Positions 8,235 through 17,501 of a stretch of DNA of 64,000 nucleotides are shown here, in pieces. The translations under genes were made by a program, and so were the position numbers. The DNA comes from Candidatus Saccharimonadia bacterium (lineage in GTDB: Bacteria > Patescibacteriota > Saccharimonadia > UBA4664), in assembly GCA_035544015.1 (NCBI GenBank), contig DATKIP010000012.1, positions 182,393-246,392 of the forward strand, given 5' to 3'. Numbering within the stretch: the stretch's first letter is position 1; every line of letters begins with the position of its first letter. The notes under the pieces were generated by a model. It worked only from the letters and a program-made list of their open reading frames with translations, was not told where the DNA came from and made no database searches.

Positions 8235-10571
8235 GTGTCGCAACGACCGGTACCACCCGCACGAAGGTTGCTGGCCGCCATGGCCACCTTCCTGGCCAGT
8301 CTCGGCATCGTCGCCGGAGTGTCCACCGCCACCATCGCCCTCACCGCCCCTGCGGCCAACGCGGCCGTCGCGGCAGGCGATGTGGTATATCTGAAGGCCA
8401 ACAACAATCCCGGCATCTACCTGAGGCACGCCTCAGACGGAAGCAGCTCTCAGATCCCGGGCGATCCGTCAGCGCAGTACCCAGACATCTCGCCCGACGG
8501 AAGCCGCATCGCCTACTACGGCTCCGTAGTCCCCGGCACCGCCGCCGGTATAGCCATCATGAACTCGAATGGCTCCGGCGTACGAGAAGCCGCCGGCGGC
8601 GTAAACTGCGAAGACAATCTCCCCTGGGAAGACTGCACGAGCACACCACCGCATGGTTACACCATGTACGGCCTTCAGTGGTCGCCGAACGGCCAGAGCA
8701 TCGCATTCACCAAGTATTCCGGAGCCACAGGAATCTGGCGAGTGAAGGTAGTAAACATCACCACCGGAGTCCAAACAACTGCCTACAGCGGAAGCTCCCA
8801 AGTCTACGACGTCACGTGGTCGCCTGATGGCACCAGGCTCGCCTACGACGCCTACGGACCAACCGGCTTCAAAATCCACGTCGTCGACGTTAACGGCGCC
8901 AACGACCACGAGCTGCCATCTGGCTTCAACGACTACTCACCGGCCTGGTCGCACGACGGTAGCCGCATCTACGTTGCCAGCAGCCAGAGCGGCGGATGCG
9001 CGGACTGCACCGGAATCGTCTACTTCACGTATACGGGATCAGGCGCCCCGTTCAGCGGCACGAGCGTAGCTCGGCAAGTGCTGACCACGGAGAGCAACTA
9101 CAAGAACGACAGATCTCCGCGAGTCAGCGCCAACAACGCCACGATCTACTTCATGAGTAACGGATACACCAGCACAACGGACGCTACCGACCTATACATG
9201 ATCAGCGCCAGCGGCGGCACCCCCACTCAACTCACCGTCACTACCTGGGATGCTCAGCTCAGTTCCCCCTCGCCGGTACTCGCCGCCTACCCCGCCACCC
9301 AACCCGCCAACTCCACGGTAGCCATCGCCGCCCCCACGTCGCACGACGCGTACGGCGTGCGGCAGGTCACCGTGGGCCTCTCGGCCACGGGCAACATGCG
9401 CTACGACCTCGGCTGGAGCACATCCGCCACCACGGCGCCGACGGGCAACTTCCAGACCATCACCAACATGACCACCCGCACCGGCCCGCTCAACTTCATG
9501 GGCGTCTACAGCGGCTCCGGAACAGTCTGGAACGGCGGCACGCAACCAGATCAAATCTGGTACCTGTGGGTACGCTCCGTCAAGACCAACGGCACCGCCA
9601 ACGCCTGGGGCACCCCGCTCCCGGTACGCACACCGAAGGCAGGCCTCCTGGTCGGCGTCGGCGATTCGTTCCTGAGCGGGCATCACCACGACAGCGACGA
9701 GCGCTACTGCCCCAACGCCGCCGACGCACCGCTCTACCCCGGCAACATTCCCTGCAGCATCGCCGGCGCGCCCTTGGTGCAGCCCAACGATTACGCGTTC
9801 TCGTGGCTGCCGAAAACCGCCCTCACCATGAGCAGCACACTCCATCTGTCGGCGAACTGGCAGATCATCAGCAAGAACGCCGCCCTCAGCGGAGCCAGCG
9901 CGCAGAGTTTCGGCGACGCGACCTTCGCTCCCGGCAGCAGCTCGTGGGCCGCACCAGGCACCCAAGCCGACGCCATCCGCGCCGAGCTCTACCCGCGCTA
10001 CAATTCGTGGAGTTACCTCGCCTTCACCGGCGGGTCCGACGACACGAACTGGATCTCGGTGATGACCTCGTGGTACATCAACCACTTCGCCTCCGCCTAC
10101 GGCCCCTGGGCAGTTCCCACGGCCAACGGCGTCACGGACTGCCCCGACACCCAGTCGGTCTACACCACGCTGGGCGCCGGCAGCCCGACGCTCAACGCAA
10201 CCATCACGAGCAACCTCCAGGGGCTCATGACCATCGCGAGCTCGGTGTCGCCGGGCGTACGAGGGCTCAACGTCGACTACCCGTACGTCGAGGACAACAC
10301 CAGCATCTGCTACAACGACTCCGGCGCCTGGCATGGCGTCAAGTCGGTGGTTGACCTGCTCCATGCCGATCATGCCGCCGTCACCGGCAGCAACGTCAAG
10401 CTGATCGACCTCCGGGCCAACTTCGGAGCCACACCCGTTGCCAGCGGGTACCTCCAGCTCACCCGGCTCTACGGCTACCCGCACCCCAGCGGCTCGGTCA
10501 CGAGCAGCACGCCGGGCCAAACCCGCATCGCCAATGCGGTAGCCGCCGTAGCCACCGGCACCAGCTGGTAA
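8235..10571 (+). CDS. Secreted protein: PD40/TolB-like beta-propeller, FnIII-like linker, SGNH/GDSL hydrolase-like domain
   Basis: Long Sec signal ending ANA|A; repeats PDISPDG, WSPNG, WSPDG, WSHDG; GVGDSFLSG (block I), NAALSGA, TGGSDD, YPHP; SD GGAG before GTG. Confidence 0.8.
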   Translation: MSQRPVPPARRLLAAMATFLASLGIVAGVSTATIALTAPAANAAVAAGDVVYLKANNNPGIYLRHASDGSSSQIPGDPSAQYPDISPDGSRIAYYGSVVPGTAAGIAIMNSNGSGVREAAGGVNCEDNLPWEDCTSTPPHGYTMYGLQWSPNGQSIAFTKYSGATGIWRVKVVNITTGVQTTAYSGSSQVYDVTWSPDGTRLAYDAYGPTGFKIHVVDVNGANDHELPSGFNDYSPAWSHDGSRIYVASSQSGGCADCTGIVYFTYTGSGAPFSGTSVARQVLTTESNYKNDRSPRVSANNATIYFMSNGYTSTTDATDLYMISASGGTPTQLTVTTWDAQLSSPSPVLAAYPATQPANSTVAIAAPTSHDAYGVRQVTVGLSATGNMRYDLGWSTSATTAPTGNFQTITNMTTRTGPLNFMGVYSGSGTVWNGGTQPDQIWYLWVRSVKTNGTANAWGTPLPVRTPKAGLLVGVGDSFLSGHHHDSDERYCPNAADAPLYPGNIPCSIAGAPLVQPNDYAFSWLPKTALTMSSTLHLSANWQIISKNAALSGASAQSFGDATFAPGSSSWAAPGTQADAIRAELYPRYNSWSYLAFTGGSDDTNWISVMTSWYINHFASAYGPWAVPTANGVTDCPDTQSVYTTLGAGSPTLNATITSNLQGLMTIASSVSPGVRGLNVDYPYVEDNTSICYNDSGAWHGVKSVVDLLHADHAAVTGSNVKLIDLRANFGATPVASGYLQLTRLYGYPHPSGSVTSSTPGQTRIANAVAAVATGTSW

Positions 10572-10607
10572 CCAACCCCGGCCCAGCACAACCTGAGCCA
10601 CCCCCAA

Positions 10608-10673
10608 GCCCGGGATAACCCGGGCCCACACCCCAACCCGGACGATCCCGGGAGCAGTCCCCGGATCGTCCGG
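10608..10673 (+). terminator. Two GC-rich hairpins without U-tract
   Basis: gcccggg-ataa-cccgggc (10608-10625); ccggacgatcc...ggatcgtccgg (10638-10673). Confidence 0.65.
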
Positions 10674-10711
10674 AAAGGAGCACTCATCCTCGATCACTCA
10701 AAATTAAGCAA

Positions 10712-11134
10712 CTAACGTCGCTTTTTTGGTACCGGTTTACTTCTGATTTTTATAACATCAAAAGCAGCGACAAGACCTAAAATCACAAACAAAGCTATGA
10801 CAAAGCTACCCAAATGAATCAAAGGCAAGTTCAGGCTCACGCACGACACCCTATTATAGTATCCGTCGCAAGGAGGAGTTCTAAACATCGCCGACAGGAC
10901 TGAAAGAGTTATAAAAAGACCCAAGACAGCCAATAAAATCTTTGCCACAAAGTTACTGCTGAATAGAGTGCACACGCAATACGCAACAAAGACCGCCGCC
11001 ATAAAAAGCGTAGAGACAATTGGACCGGGTATTGTGTCTGGAGTCACTGAACCAACAACAAAGATGAAAATAGCTGCTACCGTAAAGCACCCGACCTGAA
11101 ACTTTAGCAGCGATGGGACATCCCGCGGGATCAT
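10712..11134 (-). CDS. Hypothetical 4-TM membrane protein, low GC
   Basis: 140 aa hydrophobic ORF coupled to the pilC stop (ATGA), visibly AT-richer than its neighbours. Confidence 0.7.
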   Translation of the reverse strand: MIPRDVPSLLKFQVGCFTVAAIFIFVVGSVTPDTIPGPIVSTLFMAAVFVAYCVCTLFSSNFVAKILLAVLGLFITLSVLSAMFRTPPCDGYYNRVSCVSLNLPLIHLGSFVIALFVILGLVAAFDVIKIRSKPVPKKRR

Positions 11135-12357
11135 TTCAAATTATCCACGCCCCCGCTACCCACCAGCGAGTACACCGGCAGCAAAATCGCCGCGATCACG
11201 CCGCCCACCGTCACGCCCAAAATCACCATCATCAGCGGCTCGATCGTGGTCGAGATGTTCTTCACCTCTTCGTCCACCTCGTTCTCGTAATACGTCGCCA
11301 CCCGGTCGAGCATGCTGTCGATCGCGCCCGACTGCTCACCAATCTTGATCATCTGCGGCACGAGCTTAATGAACGCCTCTTCATTCTCAAGCGTCGACGA
11401 CAACGCCTTGCCGCCCTTCACGCCCTGCATACTCTTCTCGAGCACCGCCTCCACGTGCACGTTGTTGATCGCGTTCTTCACGATCCGCAGCGCCTCCAGC
11501 ATCGGAATACCGCTCTGCAGCATCGTCCCCAGCGTCCGCGCAAACCGCGCCATGTACACCTTGCGGAAAATTTTCCCAAATATCGGCATGCTAATCTTAA
11601 ACCGGTCCGCCATCGAGCGCCCTCGCTCGGTTTGAATAAAGCTCCGAATCGCAAATCCCGCCGCCCCCAGCGCAATCAGCACCAAAAACCAAAAGTGCAC
11701 AATAAAATTCGAAATCGCGAGCAAAATTTGCGTCAGCGCCGGCAAGTCTTTGTGCAAATCCTTGTACAAACTCCCCACCTGCGGCAGCACCGTGGTGAGC
11801 ATAAACACCAGCACAAGCACAATCACCCCCAGCACAATCACCGGGTAGATCAACGCGCTGCGAATTTTGCCCACGATCGCCGCATCTTTTTCTTGCTGGT
11901 TGGCAATGCGCTCCAGCGATTTATCGAGCGTACCCGTAGCCTCGCCCGCCGCCACCAAGCTCACATAAATATCGCTAAAAATCTTCGGATGCTTAGCAAA
12001 CGACTGGCTCAAGCTCGTCCCCGATTCCACGCTCGACACCACCTCCGCCACCACCTGGTGCAGCGCCTTGTTGGTTATCTGATCCGCTACCGTGCGCAGC
12101 GACTGCGTCAGCGGCAGACCGGCATTAATGAGCGTACTGAGCTGCCGCGTGAAGATCACCCGGTCCTTCGCGCTCACCCGCTTGCCCACACCACTCTTAG
12201 CCAGCAGCCCGCCGCCATCCTTGGGCTGAATCGAAATCGGGAACAGCCCCTGGCTGATCAACAATTTGGCCGCCGAATTCTCGTTTTCGGCCTGCACATC
12301 AGCTTTGACCATCTCGCCGGTGGCCGTTTTGTGAGCAGTATAAACGAACGTCAACAT
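11131..12357 (-). CDS. pilC: Type IV pilus platform protein PilC/GspF
   Basis: FTRQLSTLINAG, AGEATG, IGEQSG, IEP motifs. Confidence 0.96.
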   Translation of the reverse strand: MLTFVYTAHKTATGEMVKADVQAENENSAAKLLISQGLFPISIQPKDGGGLLAKSGVGKRVSAKDRVIFTRQLSTLINAGLPLTQSLRTVADQITNKALHQVVAEVVSSVESGTSLSQSFAKHPKIFSDIYVSLVAAGEATGTLDKSLERIANQQEKDAAIVGKIRSALIYPVIVLGVIVLVLVFMLTTVLPQVGSLYKDLHKDLPALTQILLAISNFIVHFWFLVLIALGAAGFAIRSFIQTERGRSMADRFKISMPIFGKIFRKVYMARFARTLGTMLQSGIPMLEALRIVKNAINNVHVEAVLEKSMQGVKGGKALSSTLENEEAFIKLVPQMIKIGEQSGAIDSMLDRVATYYENEVDEEVKNISTTIEPLMMVILGVTVGGVIAAILLPVYSLVGSGGVDNLK

Positions 12358-12363
12358 AAGCGG

Positions 12364-13437
12364 TTAGCCTCGCATTAGGCGGTCAAGTTCTTGCAAATCA
12401 ATCGCAAAGTTCTTGGCTTCATCGTAGCTAATTTTGCCTTCCTGCACCAGCTGCACCAGCTGCCGGTCCATGCTCTGCATGCCGTATTCCGCACCGGTCT
12501 GAATCACCGCGTCGAGCTGGTGCGTCTTGCCCTCGCGAATGATATTGCGCACCGCCCCGGTGGCCACCAGAATCTCCGCCGCCACCACGCGCCCGCCGCC
12601 GATCCCCGGCACCAGACGCTGCGAGCAAATGCCCTGCAGCATGCCCGCCAGCTGCACTCGAATCTGCTGCTGCTGGTGCGGCGGAAACACGTCGATCATG
12701 CGGTCGATGCTCTGGGCCGCCGAGTTCGTATGCAGGGTCGCCAGCACCAAGTGCCCCGTCTCAGCAATCGTCACCGCCGCCGCGATCGTCTCCAGGTCGC
12801 GCATCTCACCGATGAGCACCACGTCCGGGTCTTGGCGCAACGAGCTCCGCAGCGCCGCCGCAAACGAGTACGTGTCGTAGTGAATTTCGCGCTGCACCAC
12901 GATCGATTTCTTCGAGCTGTGGGCGTATTCAATCGGGTCCTCAATCGTCAAAATATGGCACGACCGCTCGGTGTTAATCTTGTCCACCATGGCCGCCAGC
13001 GTGGTCGACTTACCCGAACCCGTCGGCCCCGTCACGAGCACCAAGCCTCGCGGAAACTTCGTAAACTCCTGCAGCGTCTTGGGCATCTGCAGCTCCTCGA
13101 GCGTTCGCACCTTCGACGGAATCAGCCGCAACGCCGCCGCGATGTTGCCCCGCTCGTGAAACGCGTTTACCCGAAACCGACCATAATTTCCGAAAGCAAA
13201 GGAAAAATCCACTTCCTTGTCTTTGAGCAAAATCTCTTTTTGGTCATCGTCGAGAATCGAAAACACCAGCTTCTCCACGTCGGCCGCTTCGAGCACCGGC
13301 GTCTCATCGATCGGCTTGAGCGCACCATCCACGCGCAACATCGGCGGCAAACCCACCTGCAAGTGCAAGTCTGAGGCATCAAACTTGATGACCTGTTCGA
13401 GCATTGTTTCGATTTTGAGGGCGCTTCTCTCCACCAT
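12364..13437 (-). CDS. pilT: Type IV pilus retraction ATPase
   Basis: GPTGSGKST, TIEDPIE, LRQDPD, AVRNIIRE. Confidence 0.97.
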   Translation of the reverse strand: MVERSALKIETMLEQVIKFDASDLHLQVGLPPMLRVDGALKPIDETPVLEAADVEKLVFSILDDDQKEILLKDKEVDFSFAFGNYGRFRVNAFHERGNIAAALRLIPSKVRTLEELQMPKTLQEFTKFPRGLVLVTGPTGSGKSTTLAAMVDKINTERSCHILTIEDPIEYAHSSKKSIVVQREIHYDTYSFAAALRSSLRQDPDVVLIGEMRDLETIAAAVTIAETGHLVLATLHTNSAAQSIDRMIDVFPPHQQQQIRVQLAGMLQGICSQRLVPGIGGGRVVAAEILVATGAVRNIIREGKTHQLDAVIQTGAEYGMQSMDRQLVQLVQEGKISYDEAKNFAIDLQELDRLMRG

Positions 13438-13511
13438 TCACCTCTAATTATCCCTATTAAAGCACAAGGGGTATCACGTTGTACACTAGCAGCCTCTTCG
13501 GCAACCAATTA

Positions 13512-13541
13512 TTGACAAAACTGGTCATATATTGTTAACAT
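13512..13541 (+). promoter_or_regulatory. sigma70 promoter of an orphan gene
   Basis: TTGACA-18-TAACAT with TGn extension. Confidence 0.7.
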
Positions 13542-13591
13542 CTATAAACGAGCGCGGTCCCGCGTTCACGCCCCACGCAAGGGAGCACCCC

Positions 13592-13978
13592 ATGGCAAGT
13601 CTGGGTACCGAAACGGACATCCACCGCTGGCACGACGACGGCGGCCCCGACCACAAACCCGGCACCCCCGACGAGACCATCGAGGTCACGGAGGCGAATC
13701 TCCCCACACTCATCGAGCGTCTCGGGTCACTCCTCACCGGCCACTCGGTGAAGATCACGGTCAGCTTCTGGCGCAACAACGCGTTCAGCCCCGACGAACC
13801 GCAGAGCGACACGATCGAAGCTGTGGTCCCATCCGAAACTCGCATCAGCGGACAGATCATCACGAAGGGCTTCAACCACGTCGCGATCTTCGTCGGCGAC
13901 CGAGTCACGACCTTCGTCGGCGGCGTCACGATCAAGCGACCCGGCGATTTCCGCATCACCATCCAGCTCGTCCCCTGA
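13592..13978 (+). CDS. Hypothetical protein (128 aa)
   Basis: SD AAGGGAG before ATG 13592, strong G/C third-position bias, own promoter and terminal hairpin. Confidence 0.75.
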   Translation: MASLGTETDIHRWHDDGGPDHKPGTPDETIEVTEANLPTLIERLGSLLTGHSVKITVSFWRNNAFSPDEPQSDTIEAVVPSETRISGQIITKGFNHVAIFVGDRVTTFVGGVTIKRPGDFRITIQLVP

Positions 13979-14018
13979 CGTCCCGCAACCCCCGGGGCGA
14001 CCCCCCTTGCACGGGCAC

Positions 14019-14058
14019 ACGCCCCGGCCTCCCGCGAAATCCGCGGAGGCCGGGGCGT
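14019..14058 (+). terminator. GC-rich hairpin
   Basis: acgccccggcctcc...ggaggccggggcgt, between convergent genes. Confidence 0.75.
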
Positions 14059-14078
14059 CCTGCTGCCCAGTCCCAAAA

Positions 14079-14507
14079 TTACCGCGCCATCAGCCGTCCC
14101 ACCGTTTCCAAGTCCAAAAATTCGAGGCCCGCCACCGTACACCGCCGCAAATCCCGATCGTTCGTCACAAAATGCGTCGCCTTGCCCACCACCGCTGCCG
14201 CCACATGAATCGCGTCGGCCAACGTCAGCCGATGCTCTCGCCGCAAACCAGCCGCCAGGTACAACACCTCTGCCGACACCGGCACCACTTCAAACACCTG
14301 CGACCGAATCAAGCCATCCACCTTCTCATATTCAGCCTTTGACCCCACGCTGTCATGGCTCAACAATTCGGCCACCACCAGCTCCGAAGCCATAAGATCG
14401 CAATCCGTCTGCCCCCGCAAAATCGCCGCCGCCGGCTCATAAAACGCCGATCCCCGCGTCAGCGCATACAGCAACACATTAGTATCGAGCGCCAAACGAC
14501 CCGTCAT
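14079..14507 (-). CDS. vapC: PIN-domain toxin (VapC family)
   Basis: LALDTNVLLY, E, ADAIH, VTND acidic PIN residues; coupled to AbrB gene. Confidence 0.9.
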   Translation of the reverse strand: MTGRLALDTNVLLYALTRGSAFYEPAAAILRGQTDCDLMASELVVAELLSHDSVGSKAEYEKVDGLIRSQVFEVVPVSAEVLYLAAGLRREHRLTLADAIHVAAAVVGKATHFVTNDRDLRRCTVAGLEFLDLETVGRLMAR

Positions 14508-14734
14508 AGGGAGGATTTATCCACCCGCACCCGCTTTTGATACGCCACCGGGTCTTCAACCGCCGGCTGCAAAACCCCCAAAAACTGGTCCACATCGGGC
14601 CTAGCCGTCAAGATCAGCTCATCATTCTCCCCCGCCGACAAATACACTCGCTGGCCCGGCCGCATATTCAAACCCTGCCGCAACTCCTTCGGAATCACCA
14701 CCTGATATTTAGCCGACAGCTTGCTCGAAATCAT
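14504..14734 (-). CDS. AbrB/MazE-type antitoxin
   Basis: KLSAKYQVVIPKELR...PGQ swapped-hairpin motif. Confidence 0.9.
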   Translation of the reverse strand: MISSKLSAKYQVVIPKELRQGLNMRPGQRVYLSAGENDELILTARPDVDQFLGVLQPAVEDPVAYQKRVRVDKSSL

Positions 14735-14740
14735 ACGTAG

Positions 14741-14777
14741 AACATAGCAAAACGTTCAACGTTAGTCAAGGTTGAAC
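14741..14777 (-). promoter_or_regulatory. TA promoter with palindromic operator
   Basis: TTGACT-17-TATGTT, 6 nt before ATG; gttcaac-N10-gttgaac (14754-14777) straddles the -35. Confidence 0.7.
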
Positions 14778-14798
14778 ACCGAATCCCTACCGCCACTC

Positions 14799-16571
14799 CT
14801 AAAAGTCCGCCGCCACCCGCGCCACTTCCTCAAGCGTCGTCAGTGCATTGAGTACCTTGAAGTAGCCGTCTTGCTTCATCGTCAGCATCCCGTCGCTCGA
14901 CGCCTGGTTTTGCACCTCGCTCGTCGTCGCGTGCCCCAGCAGCAGCTTCTCCATCGCCGGCGTCATCGCAAACACCTCGTAGATCCCAATGCGCCCCTTG
15001 TAGCCCTTCACGCACTCCCGGCACCCCACCGGCTTGTAGATCGTGAAACTCTTTTGATCGGCGATCGGCACCACATCGTAGCCCACATCCTTTTTCACCT
15101 TATCGAGGTCGGCCTTCGTCTTGGGCAAAACATTCCCAATGGTCGTCATCACCGACTTCGTCTGCGCCTCATTCGTCTCCACCTTTTCCTTGCAAATCTC
15201 ACACAATTTGCGCACCAGCCGCTGCCCAATCACCGTGTTGATCGTACTCGCGATCAAAAACGGCTCAATGCCCATATCGAGCATGCGGGGCAACACCCCC
15301 GCCGCCGAGTTGGTGTGAATCGTCGAGAGCACCACGTGCCCCGTGAGCGCCGCCTGCACCGCCAGATCCGCCGTTTCTTTATCCCGAATCTCCCCCACCA
15401 GCACCACGTTCGGGTCCTGGCGCAAAATACTGCGCAAACCGCTTGCAAACGTCAGCCCCACGTCCGCGTTCACCTGAATCTGATTAATTCCGTCCATCTT
15501 GTACTCCACCGGGTCTTCCAGTGTCACAATGTTGATCGACACATCCTTAAGCTCCTGCACAATGGCGTACAGTGTGGTCGACTTACCCGAACCCGTCGGC
15601 CCCGTGCTGAGCGTCATACCGTGCGGCTTATGGATACCCTCATCAATCAGCCGCGCCGCCCGCCCGCGAAAGCCCAGCGACTCCAGCGTCAGCACTGTCC
15701 CGCTCTTGTCGAGCAACCGGATCACCACCTGCTCACCCCACACCACCGGACTAATAGCGATACGCAGGTCAATCTCGTGCCCGGCCGAGCTTATCTGGAA
15801 CTGCCCATCCTGCGGGATCCGGTGTTCGTCGATGCGCAGGTTGCTCAAAATCTTAATGCGCGAAATCAGCGCCGGTTCAATATTTTTCGGCAGCGTCATC
15901 GTTTCCTGCAAGATGCCGTCGATGCGGTACCGAATCTTCAGCTCGTGCTCCCTCGGCTCAATGTGAATGTCCGACGCCCTACTCTGCGCCGCATAGTCCA
16001 AAATCGCATTCAGTGCCCGGGTGATCGGCGCGTCCTGCACCAGGTTGGCCATGGCCTTGGCGCTCTTGGCCTCCACCTTGGGGTGGTCGTCCACCCTGGC
16101 CACATCCATGGCCGACGCCACGTCCGCCGCCACGTCGCTATGGAACTGCGCCAACACGTGGTCGATCGAGCCCCGCGACGCCAAATACACCGTCACCGTA
16201 TGCCCTACCTTGCGGCTCAGGAAGTCCACCGCCTGGATGTTGGTGGGATCAAGCATCCCCACCGCCAGCCGCCCTTGCTGCATCCCAAACGGTACCGCCA
16301 AATAATTCTCAGCCGTATCACGAGCCAGCAATTTCGTGATGTCTTCCGGCACCGTAATGTTGTTGAGGTTGGCATACGGCACACCCATAGCCGAGGCCGA
16401 AATCCGGGTCAAATCCTCTTCGCCCACCAAGTTTTTCTCGGCAATATAGGCAATCAGCGGCTTCGATTCTTTGAGCGCATCGACCTTAGCCGCCTCCAGA
16501 TCAGCGGGCGCCATGAGCTTGCCCTCAAGCAGGAGCTCCTCGATTCGATGCTGGCTCTCAACTGATAGCAT
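14799..16571 (-). CDS. pilB: Type IV pilus assembly ATPase PilB/GspE
   Basis: ASDIHIEP, GPTGSGKST, LEDPVE, LRQDP, two CxxC. Confidence 0.96.
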   Translation of the reverse strand: MLSVESQHRIEELLLEGKLMAPADLEAAKVDALKESKPLIAYIAEKNLVGEEDLTRISASAMGVPYANLNNITVPEDITKLLARDTAENYLAVPFGMQQGRLAVGMLDPTNIQAVDFLSRKVGHTVTVYLASRGSIDHVLAQFHSDVAADVASAMDVARVDDHPKVEAKSAKAMANLVQDAPITRALNAILDYAAQSRASDIHIEPREHELKIRYRIDGILQETMTLPKNIEPALISRIKILSNLRIDEHRIPQDGQFQISSAGHEIDLRIAISPVVWGEQVVIRLLDKSGTVLTLESLGFRGRAARLIDEGIHKPHGMTLSTGPTGSGKSTTLYAIVQELKDVSINIVTLEDPVEYKMDGINQIQVNADVGLTFASGLRSILRQDPNVVLVGEIRDKETADLAVQAALTGHVVLSTIHTNSAAGVLPRMLDMGIEPFLIASTINTVIGQRLVRKLCEICKEKVETNEAQTKSVMTTIGNVLPKTKADLDKVKKDVGYDVVPIADQKSFTIYKPVGCRECVKGYKGRIGIYEVFAMTPAMEKLLLGHATTSEVQNQASSDGMLTMKQDGYFKVLNALTTLEEVARVAADF

Positions 16572-16620
16572 TAATCCTCACCTCTCTTGCGCCAAAACGC
16601 CCCCTGCCTCAAACCACCCG

Positions 16621-16878
16621 TCACGGACCAAACGGTGCGCTGTTACCCAAACCGCTCAGATCCGGCGTCGAATTGTAGTCAATCACCTTCCCGCCATCGC
16701 CAATCCGGTCGAGACCCGCCGAATCCAGATCGCCCGGGATCACCCCAATCTTCTCCACTTCCACCGTCGTACTCTTGCCGTTAGCATTTTTGGGCACCAG
16801 CTGCGTATAGCCAATGTAACCAGCCACCATCAAAATCACCACCGCCAAAACCGCGTAAATCACGTCCTTTTGTTTCAT
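16621..16878 (-). CDS. Small single-TM pilus accessory protein (PilP position)
   Basis: N-terminal TM, ends ..APF; follows pilO in operon. Confidence 0.65.
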   Translation of the reverse strand: MKQKDVIYAVLAVVILMVAGYIGYTQLVPKNANGKSTTVEVEKIGVIPGDLDSAGLDRIGDGGKVIDYNSTPDLSGLGNSAPFGP

Positions 16879-17501
16879 TTCACCGTCTCCGTGCTAAAGG
16901 GTAGCTTGGCTTTGTCCTGGTAGTACGTCTGCGCATCAATCTGCGCGCTCATGCTGCTACCGCCGCCGGTCAGCTGCAGGCCGGTCACGCGCATCGGCCG
17001 CGCCGAGGTCTCGAATTCACCCAGGAGCTTAAGTAAGCTATCATAATTGCTCGTGGTATTGATCGAGAAAGCAAACGTCTGCGGCGTCGGACCCGCCGTC
17101 GATGCCGCCGCCGGCGCTGTGCCAGTAGCCGGCACCGCACTCACTCCCGCATCCGGCGCCGCGGTAATATTCTTGAGCTTTGTGCTGGCCGCATTTGTCA
17201 TATTCTCGAGCGTCACGATCAAGCTAGGGTAGTCCACGGCGTTGGGCAACGCGTCGGCCACCAGCGCCGCTTTCGAACCCAGGTTATTGAACGCGTCCAC
17301 CAAATTTGGCGCCGCTGCCAGATCTTCCTTCACCTGCTTCTCCGCTACCCCTTTTTTCTCATTTACCACCCGGTCGCGCGCAATCGTCCCAAACAGCGAC
17401 TTCGCCACCAACCCCGACGCCCCCAACACCAGCAGGTTGATCAAGAGCAAAACAATCATCAGATTATTGCTCGATAGTTTTTCCGTATTAATTGCTGCCA
17501 C
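16875..17501 (-). CDS. pilO: PilO-like alignment protein
   Basis: TM, coiled coil, ALP motif, ferredoxin-like C-terminus; operon position. Confidence 0.75.
   Translation of the reverse strand: MAAINTEKLSSNNLMIVLLLINLLVLGASGLVAKSLFGTIARDRVVNEKKGVAEKQVKEDLAAAPNLVDAFNNLGSKAALVADALPNAVDYPSLIVTLENMTNAASTKLKNITAAPDAGVSAVPATGTAPAAASTAGPTPQTFAFSINTTSNYDSLLKLLGEFETSARPMRVTGLQLTGGGSSMSAQIDAQTYYQDKAKLPFSTETVK

Noticed and set aside
9192-10697. 501-aa - strand ORF (and 21777-23234 + strand ORF)
   Set aside because: Shadow frames of the GC3-rich cassette genes; SD, promoter and motifs support the opposite strand.
14772-16565. Long + strand ORFs opposite real genes (also 11113-12378, 17242-18669, 29689-31122, 47502-49868, 52814-54745)
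   Set aside because: Antisense shadows of pilB, pilC, pilMN, recA, polA and purF caused by high GC; Arg/His/Pro-rich with no motifs.
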